DNA of 63,868 nucleotides, counting the filler, from Malassezia furfur (lineage: Eukaryota), in assembly GCA_052055015.1 (NCBI GenBank). It is 3 parts of 3 records of this genome, joined end to end, with 100 filler letters (N's around TTAATTAATTAA, not from the genome) between each part and the next. Parts side by side here need not be neighbours in the genome. Positions count along the whole stretch, not along the records: positions 1 to 23,895 come from JBQJIT010000146.1; 2 more parts are not named here. One strand, written 5' to 3'. Position numbers and translations under genes: made by a program. Shown here one piece after another: positions 1 through 11,013 of the stretch (within the stretch, counting starts at the first letter, position 1; every line of letters starts with the position of its first letter). Below the pieces are notes generated by a model. The model made no database searches. It was not told the origin of the DNA and saw nothing but the letters and a program-made list of their open reading frames with translations.

Positions 1-1174
1 CGAGGCGTGCGCGCTTGCGCCGCGCGCCGCGCGTCCAGCACGCGGTGTACAGGTCGACCGCGACGCACTCGGCGCCGTCGGCGGTGTGCGGCGCGTGCAC
101 TACGGCGTGCTCGTGGGGGAGCGTCGGCAGCGTGCTCAGGAAGACGTGCAAAGAGCACGGCTCGCCGGCGTCGTCGACGAGCCGCGGAAACGCGCGTGTC
201 AGCACACACGACGGCGGCGCGACGTCAGGCACGCCGCGCGCCACGGCGTCGGGCGCGCGACTGCCGCGGAACGACCACGCGACCGCCCACCGCTTTGTGT
301 GGCCCTGGACGAGCGGCGTGACGCAGTAGTTGGAAATGCGCGCACGGCGCACCGCACGGACCAGCGTATGCACCGTCGCGAGCTTGCCAAGCATGGTCGT
401 GTACCAGCTGTGTTAGTGTGTGACGTACGCAATCTGCTCGCGCCATCGCAGACTCTCGTCGAGGAGCTGCAGTACCAGCGCCGCCTCGCCGCCGGGCGTG
501 TACATCTCGGCGGACTGGCCGGCAGTCCATGCTCGCGGCACGCGCTTGGCGGATGCGGACGCGGCCCGATCCGCCTCAGACGCATAAAAAGGGGGGTTCA
601 GCATCGTAAAGTGGAAGGCGGGCGGCGCGCCGGCGTCGACGTCGGCGACGAGGCCCAGGTCGTCGAGCAAGGGCCCGTGTGTGTGCACGAGCGTGATGCG
701 CTCGCGCAAGGCCAGCGTGTTTGCCGGACGGTTGTTCTTGGGGTCTTCCACCACCTGGCGAGCGTGTGCGAGGGCCGTGTCGTCCACGTCGGTGCCCACC
801 ATCGTCCAGCGAGGCTGCATCGCACACACGAGGCAGGCATACACGGCAATGCTGCCCGTTCCCAGGTCGACCCCGCGCGCGCCGTCCTGCGGCGCACCAT
901 CACAGGGATGCAGCGCACGAACCAGATCCTCTACCCACAGCACGTAGTTGATGCGGTTCGGCAGCGTGGGGCACAGACGGTCGGGCGCAAGCGTTGCGTG
1001 CACGCCGAAATCTTCGCGCAGGAGCGCCTCGGTCACGGCGCGCTGTGCGGCGGGATCGTCCCACGCGACCGATGCGTGGCCGTCGTCCACCGAGACGTAC
1101 TGGGACAGGTTCGCATCGCGCTTGGCGAGCGCGCCGAGGTCCGGTGGGCGGCGGTACGCATTGCGGGGGTGCAT
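1..1174 (-). CDS. METTL16: METTL16/RlmF-family RNA m6A methyltransferase (probable U6 snRNA methyltransferase); 3' end runs off the window
   Basis: MHPRN start, LCPTLPNRINYVLW, SAM motif VDLGTGS, NPPFY, TPGGE. Removing a 21-nt intron (408-428, GTACGT..CTAAC.ACAG) gives WYTTMLGK...QGHTKRWAVAWSF, typical of the family. Confidence 0.9.
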
Positions 1175-1224
1175 GCAGCGCCGAGCTTCGTGGTGGTGCC
1201 TCCACATCCCCGCACCGCACCAGC

Positions 1225-2790
1225 ATGGCGTCGAACGGCGCGTGGTGGGGTGCGCCGTGGCATGCGCTGTTTTCGCGCAGCGACGCGGCCGACGAGCCGG
1301 AGCACAGCGAGACGCCCAATCCGCCCGCGAAGGCCGCCGAGGTCGTGCACACGTCGGCGCACGCGAGCGACGCCGCGAGCCGCGCGGGCGACGCAACGAG
1401 TCTGCTGCGCTCCGTGCAGGCGTCGCAGCGCGACGTGACTGCGTCGACCAGCACGCTCGACGAGCCGGAGGAGGACGAGGCGGATGTGGGTGGTGCGCCG
1501 CGCTTCCTCGTCTTTAGCAATGCCGGCAAGCTCGTGTATGCGAGCGGCGATACGTCCGAGGGCGTGTACGGCGACGTCGGTGTGCTCCAAGCGCTCCTCG
1601 CCGTGTTTGCCGACGAGCACCGCGGCGCACTCGAGACCATCTGCCTTGAGGATGCGCACGCGCGCCAGACACGCATCTCGGTGCTGACACACCGGCCGCT
1701 GCATGTCGTAAGCGTCTCGACGCGGGACGAGCCGCGCGCTTTGGTGCACGCGCAGCTCGCGCGTGTGTATGCCGCGGTGGTGAGCCTCGTGAGCGAGACG
1801 CGGGTCCAGCGGCTTTTCCAGCAGCGCCCCAATTTTGATCTGCGCGGCCTGCTTGCGCCGATGCAGACGTACCTGGACGACGTCGTGGCCGAGATGGAGA
1901 CGTCGCTCGCGCTGATCTTCGACGCACTGCCGGTGCACCCGCTCGACGCTGCGCTGCGTGCCGAGATTGCGCGTGCGGTGACGCCGATCCCCGAGCCGGA
2001 CGACGCCGCGCGCCCCCGCGACGTGCTGTATGCGCTCGTGGTGCGGCGTGGCCACCTCGTCTGCCTCGCGCGCCCCAAGCGGCATACGCCGCACGTCGAG
2101 GACGTCGCGCTGCTGTATACGCTCGTGCGCCACGGCGGGGCGTGCCAGAGCGGCGAGGATACGTGGGCACCGATGTGCCTGCCGCATGCGGCGCCGCACG
2201 GCTTTGTGTTTGTGTACGCGAGCCGCTTGCACCCTGGCGCAGACGGCGCGGCGCTGGTGCTGGTCACCGGCGACCGCGACGGGTACGAGCGTGCGCGTGC
2301 GTGGCGCGCGCGCCTCGCCGATGCGTGTGCGCACGGGTGCCTACGCACGCTGCACGCGCGGCCCCTGCACGAGACGGTGGACGCGCTAGGCGTCCCTGGG
2401 CTGCGGCACTATGTACTTGTTTCGCGGCGGCACACGCAGTGCACCGCGACGCCCGCGCCGTATGCATCCGGCGCGAGCAACCGGCGCCTGTACGCGCTGT
2501 ATGCGCACGCGCTTGCGGCGCTGCAGGGCGACGCGCGCCCCGCCGAGGTGCGTGCGGCGCTGGACGCCGCGCGCGATGCGCGGGTGCCGCAGCGTGCGGC
2601 GTGCCGGCTGCAGCACTACCGCACGGCGCACGAGGCGGTGCTGGGCTGGCGCACGGCGTCGTTCACGCTCCTGCTCACCGTGCGCCCGCCGTGGCTGTCC
2701 AAGACGGCGATCGCCTCGGCCGCGAGCAAGGTCGCGGCGCATGTGCGGCGGAACGATCGAGACCTATTTGCGGCAGCGTATACCTTCTAA
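1225..2790 (+). CDS. MON1: Vacuolar fusion protein Mon1 (Mon1-Ccz1 GEF subunit)
   Basis: Acidic N-terminal stretch, then FLVFSNAGKLVY, QRPNFDLRGLL and WAPMCLP motifs. ATG at 1225 within ORF 994-2790. Confidence 0.85.
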   Translation: MASNGAWWGAPWHALFSRSDAADEPEHSETPNPPAKAAEVVHTSAHASDAASRAGDATSLLRSVQASQRDVTASTSTLDEPEEDEADVGGAPRFLVFSNAGKLVYASGDTSEGVYGDVGVLQALLAVFADEHRGALETICLEDAHARQTRISVLTHRPLHVVSVSTRDEPRALVHAQLARVYAAVVSLVSETRVQRLFQQRPNFDLRGLLAPMQTYLDDVVAEMETSLALIFDALPVHPLDAALRAEIARAVTPIPEPDDAARPRDVLYALVVRRGHLVCLARPKRHTPHVEDVALLYTLVRHGGACQSGEDTWAPMCLPHAAPHGFVFVYASRLHPGADGAALVLVTGDRDGYERARAWRARLADACAHGCLRTLHARPLHETVDALGVPGLRHYVLVSRRHTQCTATPAPYASGASNRRLYALYAHALAALQGDARPAEVRAALDAARDARVPQRAACRLQHYRTAHEAVLGWRTASFTLLLTVRPPWLSKTAIASAASKVAAHVRRNDRDLFAAAYTF

Positions 2791-4581
2791 TTAGTGGTGG
2801 AAGAGGCGCACGTTGGTGCGCGCCACGACCATGTTGTGCTCGTTGGCCGCGACGACGCACGCGTCGTCCATCACGCTGCCGCCCGGCGCAGCGATGTAGG
2901 TCGCGCCGGAGCGCGCGGCGCGGTGCACATTGTCCGGGAAGGGGAAGAAGGCGTCGCTGGCCACGACCACATCCTTGAGCTCGGCGGCGTGCTTCTCGCG
3001 CTCCTCGGCGGAGAGCGGCTCGGGGACCGTGGCAAAGAGCTGCTCCCACTCGGCGCGCTCCTTGCCCGAGAGCGGCGTGCCCTCGACAAAGAGGTCGATC
3101 GCGTTGCTCTTCTCGGGGCGCTTGGTGCCCTTCTTGAACGGCAGGTCGAGCACGCGCGGGTGCTGGCGCAGCCACCAGTTGTCCGCCTTGCTGCCGGCGA
3201 GGCGCGTGCAGTGGATGCGCGACTGCTGCCCCGCGCCGAGGCCGATCACCTGGCCATGCAGCGCATAGCACACCGAGTTCGACTGCGTGTACTTGAGCGC
3301 GATCGTCGCGACGAGCATGTCGAGGATCGTCGCCTGAGGGATGTCGGTGCGCGTCGTGACGCGCTCCTTGAACAGCTCAGGGGTGATCTTGAGGTCGTTG
3401 CGGCGCTGCTCCAGCGTAACGCCGTACACCTGGCGCGACTCGCGCTCGCCGGGCACGTACTCGGGGTCCATCTGGAGCACGCAGTACTTGCCGCCCTTCT
3501 TGGGCAGGAGCAGGTCGAGCGCCGCCTGGTCGTACGCGGGCGCAATCACACCGTCGCTCACCTCGCGCGAGATGATCTTGGCGGTCTGCTCGTCGACGCG
3601 GTCCGACAGCGCAATAAAGTCGCCAAAGCTGCTCATGCGGTCCGCACCGCGCGCGCGCGCGTACGCGGTCGCGAGCGGCGACAGCTCGCCGAGGTCCGCC
3701 ACGAAGCATGCACGCGCCTCGGCGTCGCTCAGCGGCACCGCAACCGCCGCACCGGCGGGCGACACGTGCTTGAACGAGGCGGCCGCAGGCAGGTTCGTCG
3801 CCTCGCGCAGCTCCTTGACGAGCGCCCACGCGTTCAGGCCGTCGAGCAGGTTGATGTACCCGGGGCTCCCGCCCAGCGCCTTGAACGGCAGCGCGCCCTC
3901 GGTCACGTACGCCTGCGCGGGCTTCTGGTGGGGGTTCGCACCGTAGCGCAGCGTGAGCTGCTGCACGGGCTCGTGCGGCGGCGAGGCGTACTCCTTGCGG
4001 AAGTAGTTGCTGATCGCCTCGTCGTACTGCGCCGTGTGCGTGAAGCCCTTGAGCGCAAACAGGTTGCGCGACGCCTGCGCCTGCTCGTTGTTGGTGCCGT
4101 ACTCGGACAGGAAGCGGTCGTAGTCCTTCGGGTCACACAGCACCCACACGCGGTCGTGGTTCTTCGCCGCAGCACGGATGAGCGTCACACCGCCAATGTC
4201 GATCTCCTCGACCGCCTGGGGGATCGTCGGCGCCGGGTCGCGGCTGATGGTCTCCTCAAAGGGGTACAGGTTGCACACCACAATGTCGATCGGCGCAATG
4301 TGCTGCGCCTCGAGGTCCTTGCGGTCCGACTCGAGGCTCGTGCGCGCAAGGATACCGCCGTGCACCGCGGGGTGCAGCGTCTTGACGCGCCCCTGCAGCA
4401 TCTCGGGCGCCTTGGTGATGTCCGACACGTCGCCGATCTCGATGCCGGCCTCGCGCACGGCACGCGCGGTGCCGCCGCTGCCCAGCAGACGCACGTTCTT
4501 CGCGGCCAGGCCCTTGGCGAGCTCAATGAGGCCCGTCTTGTCGTACACGGACAGGATTGCCGTCGCTTGGTGCGTGCTCAT
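2791..4581 (-). CDS. ADE17: Bifunctional AICAR transformylase/IMP cyclohydrolase (PurH/ATIC)
   Basis: [65 protein letters not shown]-terminal RLFHH. Confidence 0.97.
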   Translation of the reverse strand: MSTHQATAILSVYDKTGLIELAKGLAAKNVRLLGSGGTARAVREAGIEIGDVSDITKAPEMLQGRVKTLHPAVHGGILARTSLESDRKDLEAQHIAPIDIVVCNLYPFEETISRDPAPTIPQAVEEIDIGGVTLIRAAAKNHDRVWVLCDPKDYDRFLSEYGTNNEQAQASRNLFALKGFTHTAQYDEAISNYFRKEYASPPHEPVQQLTLRYGANPHQKPAQAYVTEGALPFKALGGSPGYINLLDGLNAWALVKELREATNLPAAASFKHVSPAGAAVAVPLSDAEARACFVADLGELSPLATAYARARGADRMSSFGDFIALSDRVDEQTAKIISREVSDGVIAPAYDQAALDLLLPKKGGKYCVLQMDPEYVPGERESRQVYGVTLEQRRNDLKITPELFKERVTTRTDIPQATILDMLVATIALKYTQSNSVCYALHGQVIGLGAGQQSRIHCTRLAGSKADNWWLRQHPRVLDLPFKKGTKRPEKSNAIDLFVEGTPLSGKERAEWEQLFATVPEPLSAEEREKHAAELKDVVVASDAFFPFPDNVHRAARSGATYIAAPGGSVMDDACVVAANEHNMVVARTNVRLFHH

Positions 4582-4710
4582 TTTTCGCAAGGAGACAAAA
4601 CGAAGCGACGCACGCACGTTTCATATGCACATAAATCCTCTATTGATGCACCGGCGCTGCACGCCGGGCCTGCCTATCGAAGCCAGGGAAGAAGGACAGG
4701 GGAAAGGGGT

Positions 4711-5306
4711 GGGGGACGCCCAAGAGTAAGCCCCATTGTGTTGCCGCCCAAAAGGTCGGTGATCGCATAACTGTGGCCATGACGAACAAGTAGAGCGGAC
4801 AATGCGCAGCACACAAACCCGCGCGGATCGGCGGCGCTGCAGGTCCACCGTGCAGGGACACGACGGGATCGTGTGCCGACGCACGCCCGTCGCACAGATA
4901 CGCACCGCACACGCTCCTATCTTCGCAGTGTGCTGCACCTGTACGACGCACCATGCGCCAACACCGTCACTCCGCTGGTGTACACGCCCAACCACGCAAG
5001 CGCACACCACAAGAGACAGCCGACACAAGGCGCCCAGCCGCGGTATCCGCATCCTGCCCGACACTCCCGTGCCTTGCCAGCACGGCGCTTTCCAACGTAT
5101 CGGCACAGGCGCCAGCCGCGACAGCGCGCCCTGTGCGTGCCCAGGTCCCTTGGGTGTCGCAGCCCACACCGACCGCTCACGGCCCTGCGTGCTGGCCCTC
5201 TCGCGAGATCCAACTCCAGAATGTGTCCGGGGACTTTCCCTACAGCAGAGTGCCGAAGCACATAGTGGCTGCAATGCAAGTATGCTCGATCCTTTGGACG
5301 TCCCCC
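4711..5306 (-). ncRNA. NME1: RNase MRP RNA
   Basis: Minus strand carries CR-I GGAAAGUCCCCGG (~5228-5240) and CR-V ACAAUGGGGCUUACU (~4725-4739), forming the P4 pseudoknot. 13-bp terminal P1 GGGGGACGUCCAA (5306-5294) / UUGGGCGUCCCCC (4723-4711). P2 GAUC..GCAUA / UAUGCGAUC, preceded by CR-IV-like ACAGUUA. Confidence 0.88.
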
Positions 5307-5641
5307 CCTTACGAGGACCCGCCGGCGCGCGAGCGCATCGACGAGCCTGGGCAAGCCGGCGCCGCGCCTTCCAAGTCACGTGACAACGTGGATGTTGCGC
5401 GCGAGAAGTTGAACCGTGCAGCCTGTCCCCCGGCGGGCGCGCACCGCGGGGCGGCCGGTGCTCCGACACGCGCTTGCGCCGAGGCTGGGCGCGCGTAGGC
5501 GTTGAATGGGAGTCTACGTAGGTCGAGCGACGGGGCCTGCCAAGATCTGCTTAAAATGTGCGTGGTGCCTCGCGAGATGGGCTCCCACCTATCCGCCCTT
5601 CCCCACCTCGCTCCCCCGCCCTCTTGGCCGCAAGTCCTGCC

Positions 5642-6259
5642 ATGCACCACCTTTCGAACCTCAAGTGCAACGCTACGGGTCTGGCACCCGAACACTCCAT
5701 GGTCCTGCCTGAGCGCGACGCCGTCGCCGACGAGGACATGGTCATGGCCGGTCTGCTCCAGCTCTACACGGCCTTTTCAGAGGAGCTGATGGCGATGTTC
5801 GCGCCCGAAGTCCTCTACACGATGCCCAACGGCAGTGTCGTCGTCGGCACCAAGGCGGTCGCCGAGAAGTTTGCGGCCCTCACCCGCATGAACCCCGGCC
5901 GCACCGTGCGCCAGCGCCTGCTGCAGACGCCCGAGTCGCTGCCCCGCGGCGCGATGGTCGTCGACCAGCTCGTCACCTCTACGGACGAGATGCAGCCTGC
6001 CACGGAGCGCAACCTCATTGTGATCAAGCGCCGTGAGCAGGACGGCCTGATTGTGAGCCTCACCGAGGAGGCGGGTCACCGCAAGGCCACGGTGCCCCTC
6101 GCGGCCCGTGCGGCGTCGGCCAACGTGTTCAACTCGCCGACGGACAACATGGTGTCTCCGTGCACCTCGAAGCTGAACCTGACCAAGCGGCGGCACCACC
6201 TCAAGGGCAAGCCGACCGCGCTCTTTGCGGGCATGACGGGCCCGTCGTATGGATTGTAA
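5642..6259 (+). CDS. Protein with N-terminal SnoaL/NTF2-like region and C-terminal Spo12-family motif
   Basis: C-terminus SPTDNMVSPCTSKLNLTKRRHHLKGKP matches the Spo12 S-P-x-D-x-x-x-S-P-C-x-x-K-L motif. N-terminal 'MAMFAPEVLYTMPNGSVVVGTKAVAEKF' resembles SnoaL-like folds. GC3-rich codon usage. Confidence 0.7.
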   Translation: MHHLSNLKCNATGLAPEHSMVLPERDAVADEDMVMAGLLQLYTAFSEELMAMFAPEVLYTMPNGSVVVGTKAVAEKFAALTRMNPGRTVRQRLLQTPESLPRGAMVVDQLVTSTDEMQPATERNLIVIKRREQDGLIVSLTEEAGHRKATVPLAARAASANVFNSPTDNMVSPCTSKLNLTKRRHHLKGKPTALFAGMTGPSYGL

Positions 6260-6344
6260 TATAGGTGCTCTAATGCACAATGTTTTGGTTGTTTGGGCCG
6301 TGCCCACCGTAACATGAAAAAGAATTGTATTTTCTCTGTATTGG

Positions 6345-6620
6345 CTAGATGCGATGTGAAGACGGTGGCGCATCGCTGGGGTCGATGGGCTGGATCGCAC
6401 GCAGGTCGCGCTCGCGCTCGCGCTGGCGCTCCAGGTCGGCCATGCGATGCTTCCGCTCGGCCTGCCTCGCCTCATCGCGCTGGACACCCTTGTACATAGT
6501 CTGGAATGAGCTTGTGTCACGTACGTTACGCTCCTCACGCTGGAGGAAGTGCACACCCCATACAATGCTGACCGTCGCCACGATGGACGACGCCAGCGTC
6601 ACCTTGGCCGCGCGCGACAT
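6345..6620 (-). CDS. PET117: Cytochrome c oxidase assembly factor Pet117
   Basis: MSRAAKVTL..IVWGVH..Q..ER..MYKGV.RD..R pattern. Probable in-frame 24-nt intron 6501-6524. Confidence 0.88.
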   Translation of the reverse strand: MSRAAKVTLASSIVATVSIVWGVHFLQREERNVRDTSSFQTMYKGVQRDEARQAERKHRMADLERQRERERDLRAIQPIDPSDAPPSSHRI

Positions 6621-6702
6621 GCAGCAAAGACGATGGTCGTGAGCTGACTAAACTATGGAGGGTAGCCGGGCTTCCGGACCCCGTGCCACTGTCCCCGCAC
6701 GC

Positions 6703-7482
6703 TTAGAGGCGCGCGTTGACAATGTCGACAAACTCGGGCTTCAGGCTCGCGCCACCGACCAGGAAACCGTCAATGTCGGGCTGCGAGGCCAGCTCCTTGG
6801 CGTTCTTGCCGTTGACGCTGCCGCCGTAGATGATGCGCTCAGACTTGGCGACGTCGGCGCTGATCGACTTGGCGAGCCAGTCGCGGATCGCCTTGTGCAC
6901 CTCCTCGGCCTGCTCGGCAGTGGCGACCTTGCCGGTGCCAATCGCCCACACAGGCTCGTAGGCAATGACGACCTTGCTCCAGTCGCTGATGTTCTTCGCG
7001 GCCGCCTCGACCTGGGAGATGACGACGTTGATGCTCTCGTTCTTCTCGCGCTGCTCGAGGGACTCGCCCACGCAAAGAATGACGTTCAGGCCATTCTCAA
7101 GCGCAGCCTTGGTCTTGGTCGCGACGTCCTCGTTGGTCTCGTGGAAGAGCGTGCGGCGCTCCGAGTGACCAAGGATTACCCAGGGGATCCCAGCGTCCTT
7201 GAGCTGGGCGGCGGAGATCTCGCCGGTGAATGCACCCGAGGGCTTGTGGTAGGCATCCTGGGCACTCAGCTCCAACTTTTTGTTGTCCTTGAGCAGGTCC
7301 TTGGCAGGAAGCAAGTAGAGCGCCGGGGGCGCAATGACGACCTCTGCGGGTTAGAAGGTGAGCAACATACGAGCGTTGGGGTCGAGCTTGGCGTTCTGGA
7401 GGTCGGTGATGAGGCTCTTGTACATCGACATAGAGCAGTTCATCTTCCAGTTACCGCCAACGAAAAACTTCCGGTCAGACAT
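6703..7482 (-). CDS. TPI1: Triosephosphate isomerase
   Basis: RKFFVGGNWKMN, GAFTGEIS, ILGHSERR, AYEPVWAIGTG, YGGSV, FLVGGASLKPEF. 27-nt intron 7344-7370. Confidence 0.97.
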
Positions 7483-7668
7483 GATGGGAATAAGGTAGGC
7501 TGCCGGACGCTGCGGGGACGCGGACCATGCACAGGCCGGCCCTAGGCCGGTGCTCGATCACGCTGAGCTAATCATGCAGATTTCCGGGGGTGATCGGAGC
7601 GCACGCGCCAAGGCCCCGACCGTGTGGTCCCCGCCGCGTGGCATTGTTGGTCGCCTGTTCTTCCCATC

Positions 7669-8099
7669 ATGTCCTGGCAGGGCTACGTTGACACCAACCT
7701 CGTGGGTACCGGCAAGGTGTCCAAGGCGGCCATCATCGGCCTCAAGGGTGGCGTGTGGGCCACGTCGCCTGGCTTCAATGTGCGTTGTGTCGACTGACGT
7801 TTAGATCAGCCCCGAGGAGCAGCAAGCCATCGTCAAGGGTCTCGACGACCCCGCGCCGCTGCAGGCAAACGGCATCTACGCAAACGGCAAAAAGTTTTTG
7901 ACGCTGCAGGCGAACCCGCGTTCGATCTACGGAAAGTCGGGTGTACGTTGCACACACTTATCTCCAGGGCGACGGTCTGTGCGTAGTCAAGACCAACCAG
8001 GCGGTGCTGATTGGTGCCTACGAATCGCCGCTGCTCCCCGGCGACGCCAACAAGGTGGTCGAGGGCCTGGCCGACTACTTGATATCCGTTGGCTACTGA
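7669..8099 (+). CDS. PFY1: Profilin (absent from the ORF track)
   Basis: Spliced product MSWQGYVDTNLVGTGKVSKAAIIG..IYGKSG..VKTNQAVLIG..VEGLADYLISVGY*. 25-nt introns at 7780-7804 and 7943-7967. Confidence 0.95.
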
Positions 8100-8150
8100 T
8101 CGGCCATAGTATGTGTGTTACGAGGATGAATGCGTGTCTACACGTGCTAC

Positions 8151-9233
8151 TTAACGGCGGCGCTGGTCGCGCGACGCCAGAATCTGCACGAGGCGCGTGA
8201 AGATGTTGATGAAGTCGAGCTCCAGGCCAATGCTCTCCGCCATGGGGTCGGCAGGGCGCAGGCCGTGCTCCACCTGGCGCGCGTGCTGGAGCACCTTCTG
8301 GGTGTCCCAGAGCACAAACGCGCCAAACACGGCAAGACCACCGTACAGCGAGATGGCCTCAGTCGCGATCAGCGAGCGCACGGCCGTCGCGGGCAGGATC
8401 ATGGGCGCCAGCGACGAGAGCGCAACAATCGTGACACCGGCCAGCAGGGGACCACCGAGGTACAGGAACTGGTCCTCCTTCGCGGTCGCCGCGACGTAGC
8501 ACAGCGAGCCCATCAGGCCAGCCGTGTAGAGACCCGCACGGGCGAGGACAGCCGGGTTCAGGAAGAACAGCGGGCTGAGCACGGCAGCCTGGCTAATGTT
8601 GAACAGGAGCCAGCAGGGGCCCTTGGCAGGGTGGTTGGCCGGCAGCGAGGTGGCGCCCATCATGCCGCCGATCGACGCAACCAGACCCACACCGAGCACC
8701 AGCCACGGGTTGGCGGCCATGATGCGCGACGAGACACCGTAGCGGTGCATCGCGTATGCGACGGCACCCGTGATCGTCAGGCCGCCGCCGAGGTAGGTGA
8801 AGGTCGAGTTCAAGTAGCCCGACTCGGCCAGCGTCAGGCCGTCGCGGGTCTTGCGGTTGAAGAAGAGGTTGGCGCCGATCGCCGTGGCGGCGATGATGCC
8901 GACGCTCGTGAGCGCCTTGGTCCAGCCGCCCTGCGTGGCCGAGCCGGAGCCAGCGTTGTATGCACCGCCCGCATTACCGACGGGCGGGAACGGTTGCTGC
9001 ATCTGGCTCTGCAGGTTGGGGCGGTGGAAGGGGCTTTGGCGCACGTTGCGTGCCTGCTGCGTCCAGGGCGACGACACGGCCTTGTCGGCAGCGCGCAGCA
9101 TCGACGGGCGCGCAGCCGACTTGGTCGTGAGCGACCGCACGACTGAGGCGGCAGCGCTGCGCCTGCACAGGTTCGTCCGAGCGGGTGCGAGCATCTGGAT
9201 GAAGTGGGTGGCGTTCAGAGAGCGCCGCAACAT
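8151..9233 (-). CDS. Mitochondrial Bax inhibitor-1 family protein (GHITM/MICS1-like)
   Basis: Arg/Ser-rich presequence, multiple TM segments, RAGLYT, FLYLGGPLLAG, LYGGLAVF..FVLWDTQK, LELDFINIF. Confidence 0.85.
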   Translation of the reverse strand: MLRRSLNATHFIQMLAPARTNLCRRSAAASVVRSLTTKSAARPSMLRAADKAVSSPWTQQARNVRQSPFHRPNLQSQMQQPFPPVGNAGGAYNAGSGSATQGGWTKALTSVGIIAATAIGANLFFNRKTRDGLTLAESGYLNSTFTYLGGGLTITGAVAYAMHRYGVSSRIMAANPWLVLGVGLVASIGGMMGATSLPANHPAKGPCWLLFNISQAAVLSPLFFLNPAVLARAGLYTAGLMGSLCYVAATAKEDQFLYLGGPLLAGVTIVALSSLAPMILPATAVRSLIATEAISLYGGLAVFGAFVLWDTQKVLQHARQVEHGLRPADPMAESIGLELDFINIFTRLVQILASRDQRRR

Positions 9234-9341
9234 TTAATGGCGTCCGGGGCCAGTGCGCACGTGGCGCGGTCGGGCCTTCTAGGGCTTTCGGCTTATGTGA
9301 TGGGCGCACGCCGCGGAGCGGCGTTGCGAGGGGCATTGACC

Positions 9342-10979
9342 ATGTCCGGGGCCATTCCGCACGAGGAGCTGCCGATTCTCGAGGCGCTGATCAAGTAGGT
9401 CGCGCGGCTAACCCAGCATCCGGAACCAGCTCACTGCGCTGAAAAAGGACAGTGCCGAGTATACCAAGCCGCAGGAGGTGCAGTCGATCTACAATGCGGT
9501 GATCAAGCAGAGTGCGTGGCGTCGGCTGACCCAGTCACCAAACTGAACAAAATTCGCGAGGAGCAGCAGGTCTCCGAGGCGGTGCAGGATGCCGGCAAGG
9601 ACGGCAACGGCAACGCCAAGGGCGAGATGCACGACTACAACGGGCCGCTCACGAAGAACACGCGTGTCGACACGATGCTCGTCGACGTATTTTATCTGCT
9701 GAGCCTCTTCTTCATCACCGTGGGCCGCAGCCGCGAGTGCCCAGCGATGTTCAGCCAGATCGGGTGCATGAAGCAGCTGCTTGACCACCTGGACGAGTCC
9801 GGCGTATACACCGAGGCCGACCTGAAGCCGTTTGCCTCGCGCATCCAGGAGCTGGACGAGATTATCAAGCGCGACGAGCAGGAGCACAAGCACCCGCCGC
9901 AGCTCACCAAGCTGATGCGGCGCAAGCTCGACGTGTGTCAGCAGATGGTGAACAAGCTCGAGAGCAAGCTGTCCGTGCTTTCCGTCGAGCTGCTCCCCAT
10001 CCACCAAAAGCTCGTCTCGATCCGGCGCCAGCTGTTTGCGGCGGCTGCGAAGCGCAAGCCCGCCAAGGCCGACGTCAAGCAGCTCCAGGAGGAACTGCGC
10101 AAGATTGAGGCGAAGCGCGTTGATGGCAAGTTCCTGGGCCCTGGCGGCTCGTCGGTGCCCGAAGGCCAAGAGATTCTCGCAGGGCTCCTCGAGAGCTGCT
10201 TCGAGACGAGCAACGATATCCTGGTGCGCAACACCACCGTGTCTCCGACGCTCCAGCCGATCTACGACCGGCTCATGGAGACCAAGCAGCAGCTCGAGCA
10301 CCTCGAGCAGCGCCACCGGTGGACACTCCGCGAAACCGACCTCTGGACGTACCATCTGACGCTCAAGGACATTGACCGGCTGCGGGTCAACGGCAAGTTT
10401 GTGGACAACGAGGGCCGGCAGCCCGAGGGGCAGCTTGTGCTGCTGTACCTACTGCGGCGGTGCTACAACCTGCTCAACAAGCTAATCTCCTCCTCGGAGC
10501 CGCTGTCCGAGGAGCTAATGCCCATCTCGAACAAGCTGTCGACCATCTCCAAGTGCCTCAAGGAGGTGAGCAAGTACGGCGGGACGTTTACCCTGCGCGA
10601 CATGTACCCTTACCGCCTTGCACTGCACCAGATTGCTGCGATGCGCAAGCCGGTGCTCGATAAGCAGGGCAATCCCACCGACGAGCTCCAGTGGCTCGAC
10701 CGCAACGGGTCGGTGCCCGAGGGACAGACCATCCTGCAGGCACAGTTCGAGGAGGTGGAGCAGACCATCGAGGAGCTGCTCAACCGCGAGGAGGCCGAGG
10801 ACGACGACGACGACGACGATACGTACGACAACGCGGACGGTTCTGTGTCGAGCAGCGTCACCACCGAGGAGGGCACCGCAAGCGAGAGCGATCTCGTAGT
10901 GTCTACGGTGCTCGACAGCCAGTCGGCGGTGAGCACGCCGGACGTCGAAGTGGCCACGAGCCAGCTCGCCATCGCCTAG
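9342..10979 (+). CDS. DUF2408 / Cub1-like conserved fungal protein
   Basis: Repeated helical units ending in G.F....PEGQ, WTLRETDLW, RVD..L.DVF.LLSLFF.TVG. Introns 9395-9416 (22 nt) and 9512-9534 (23 nt) join the ATG at 9342 to the long ORF. Confidence 0.75.
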
Positions 10980-11013
10980 ATAGAGGGGAACCTTGTGTAC
11001 TATAAAAACAACC

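Noticed and set aside
4621..5498. ORFs of 130-282 aa in the ADE17 upstream gap
   Set aside because: Composition is not protein-like, and the region is explained by the RNase MRP RNA.
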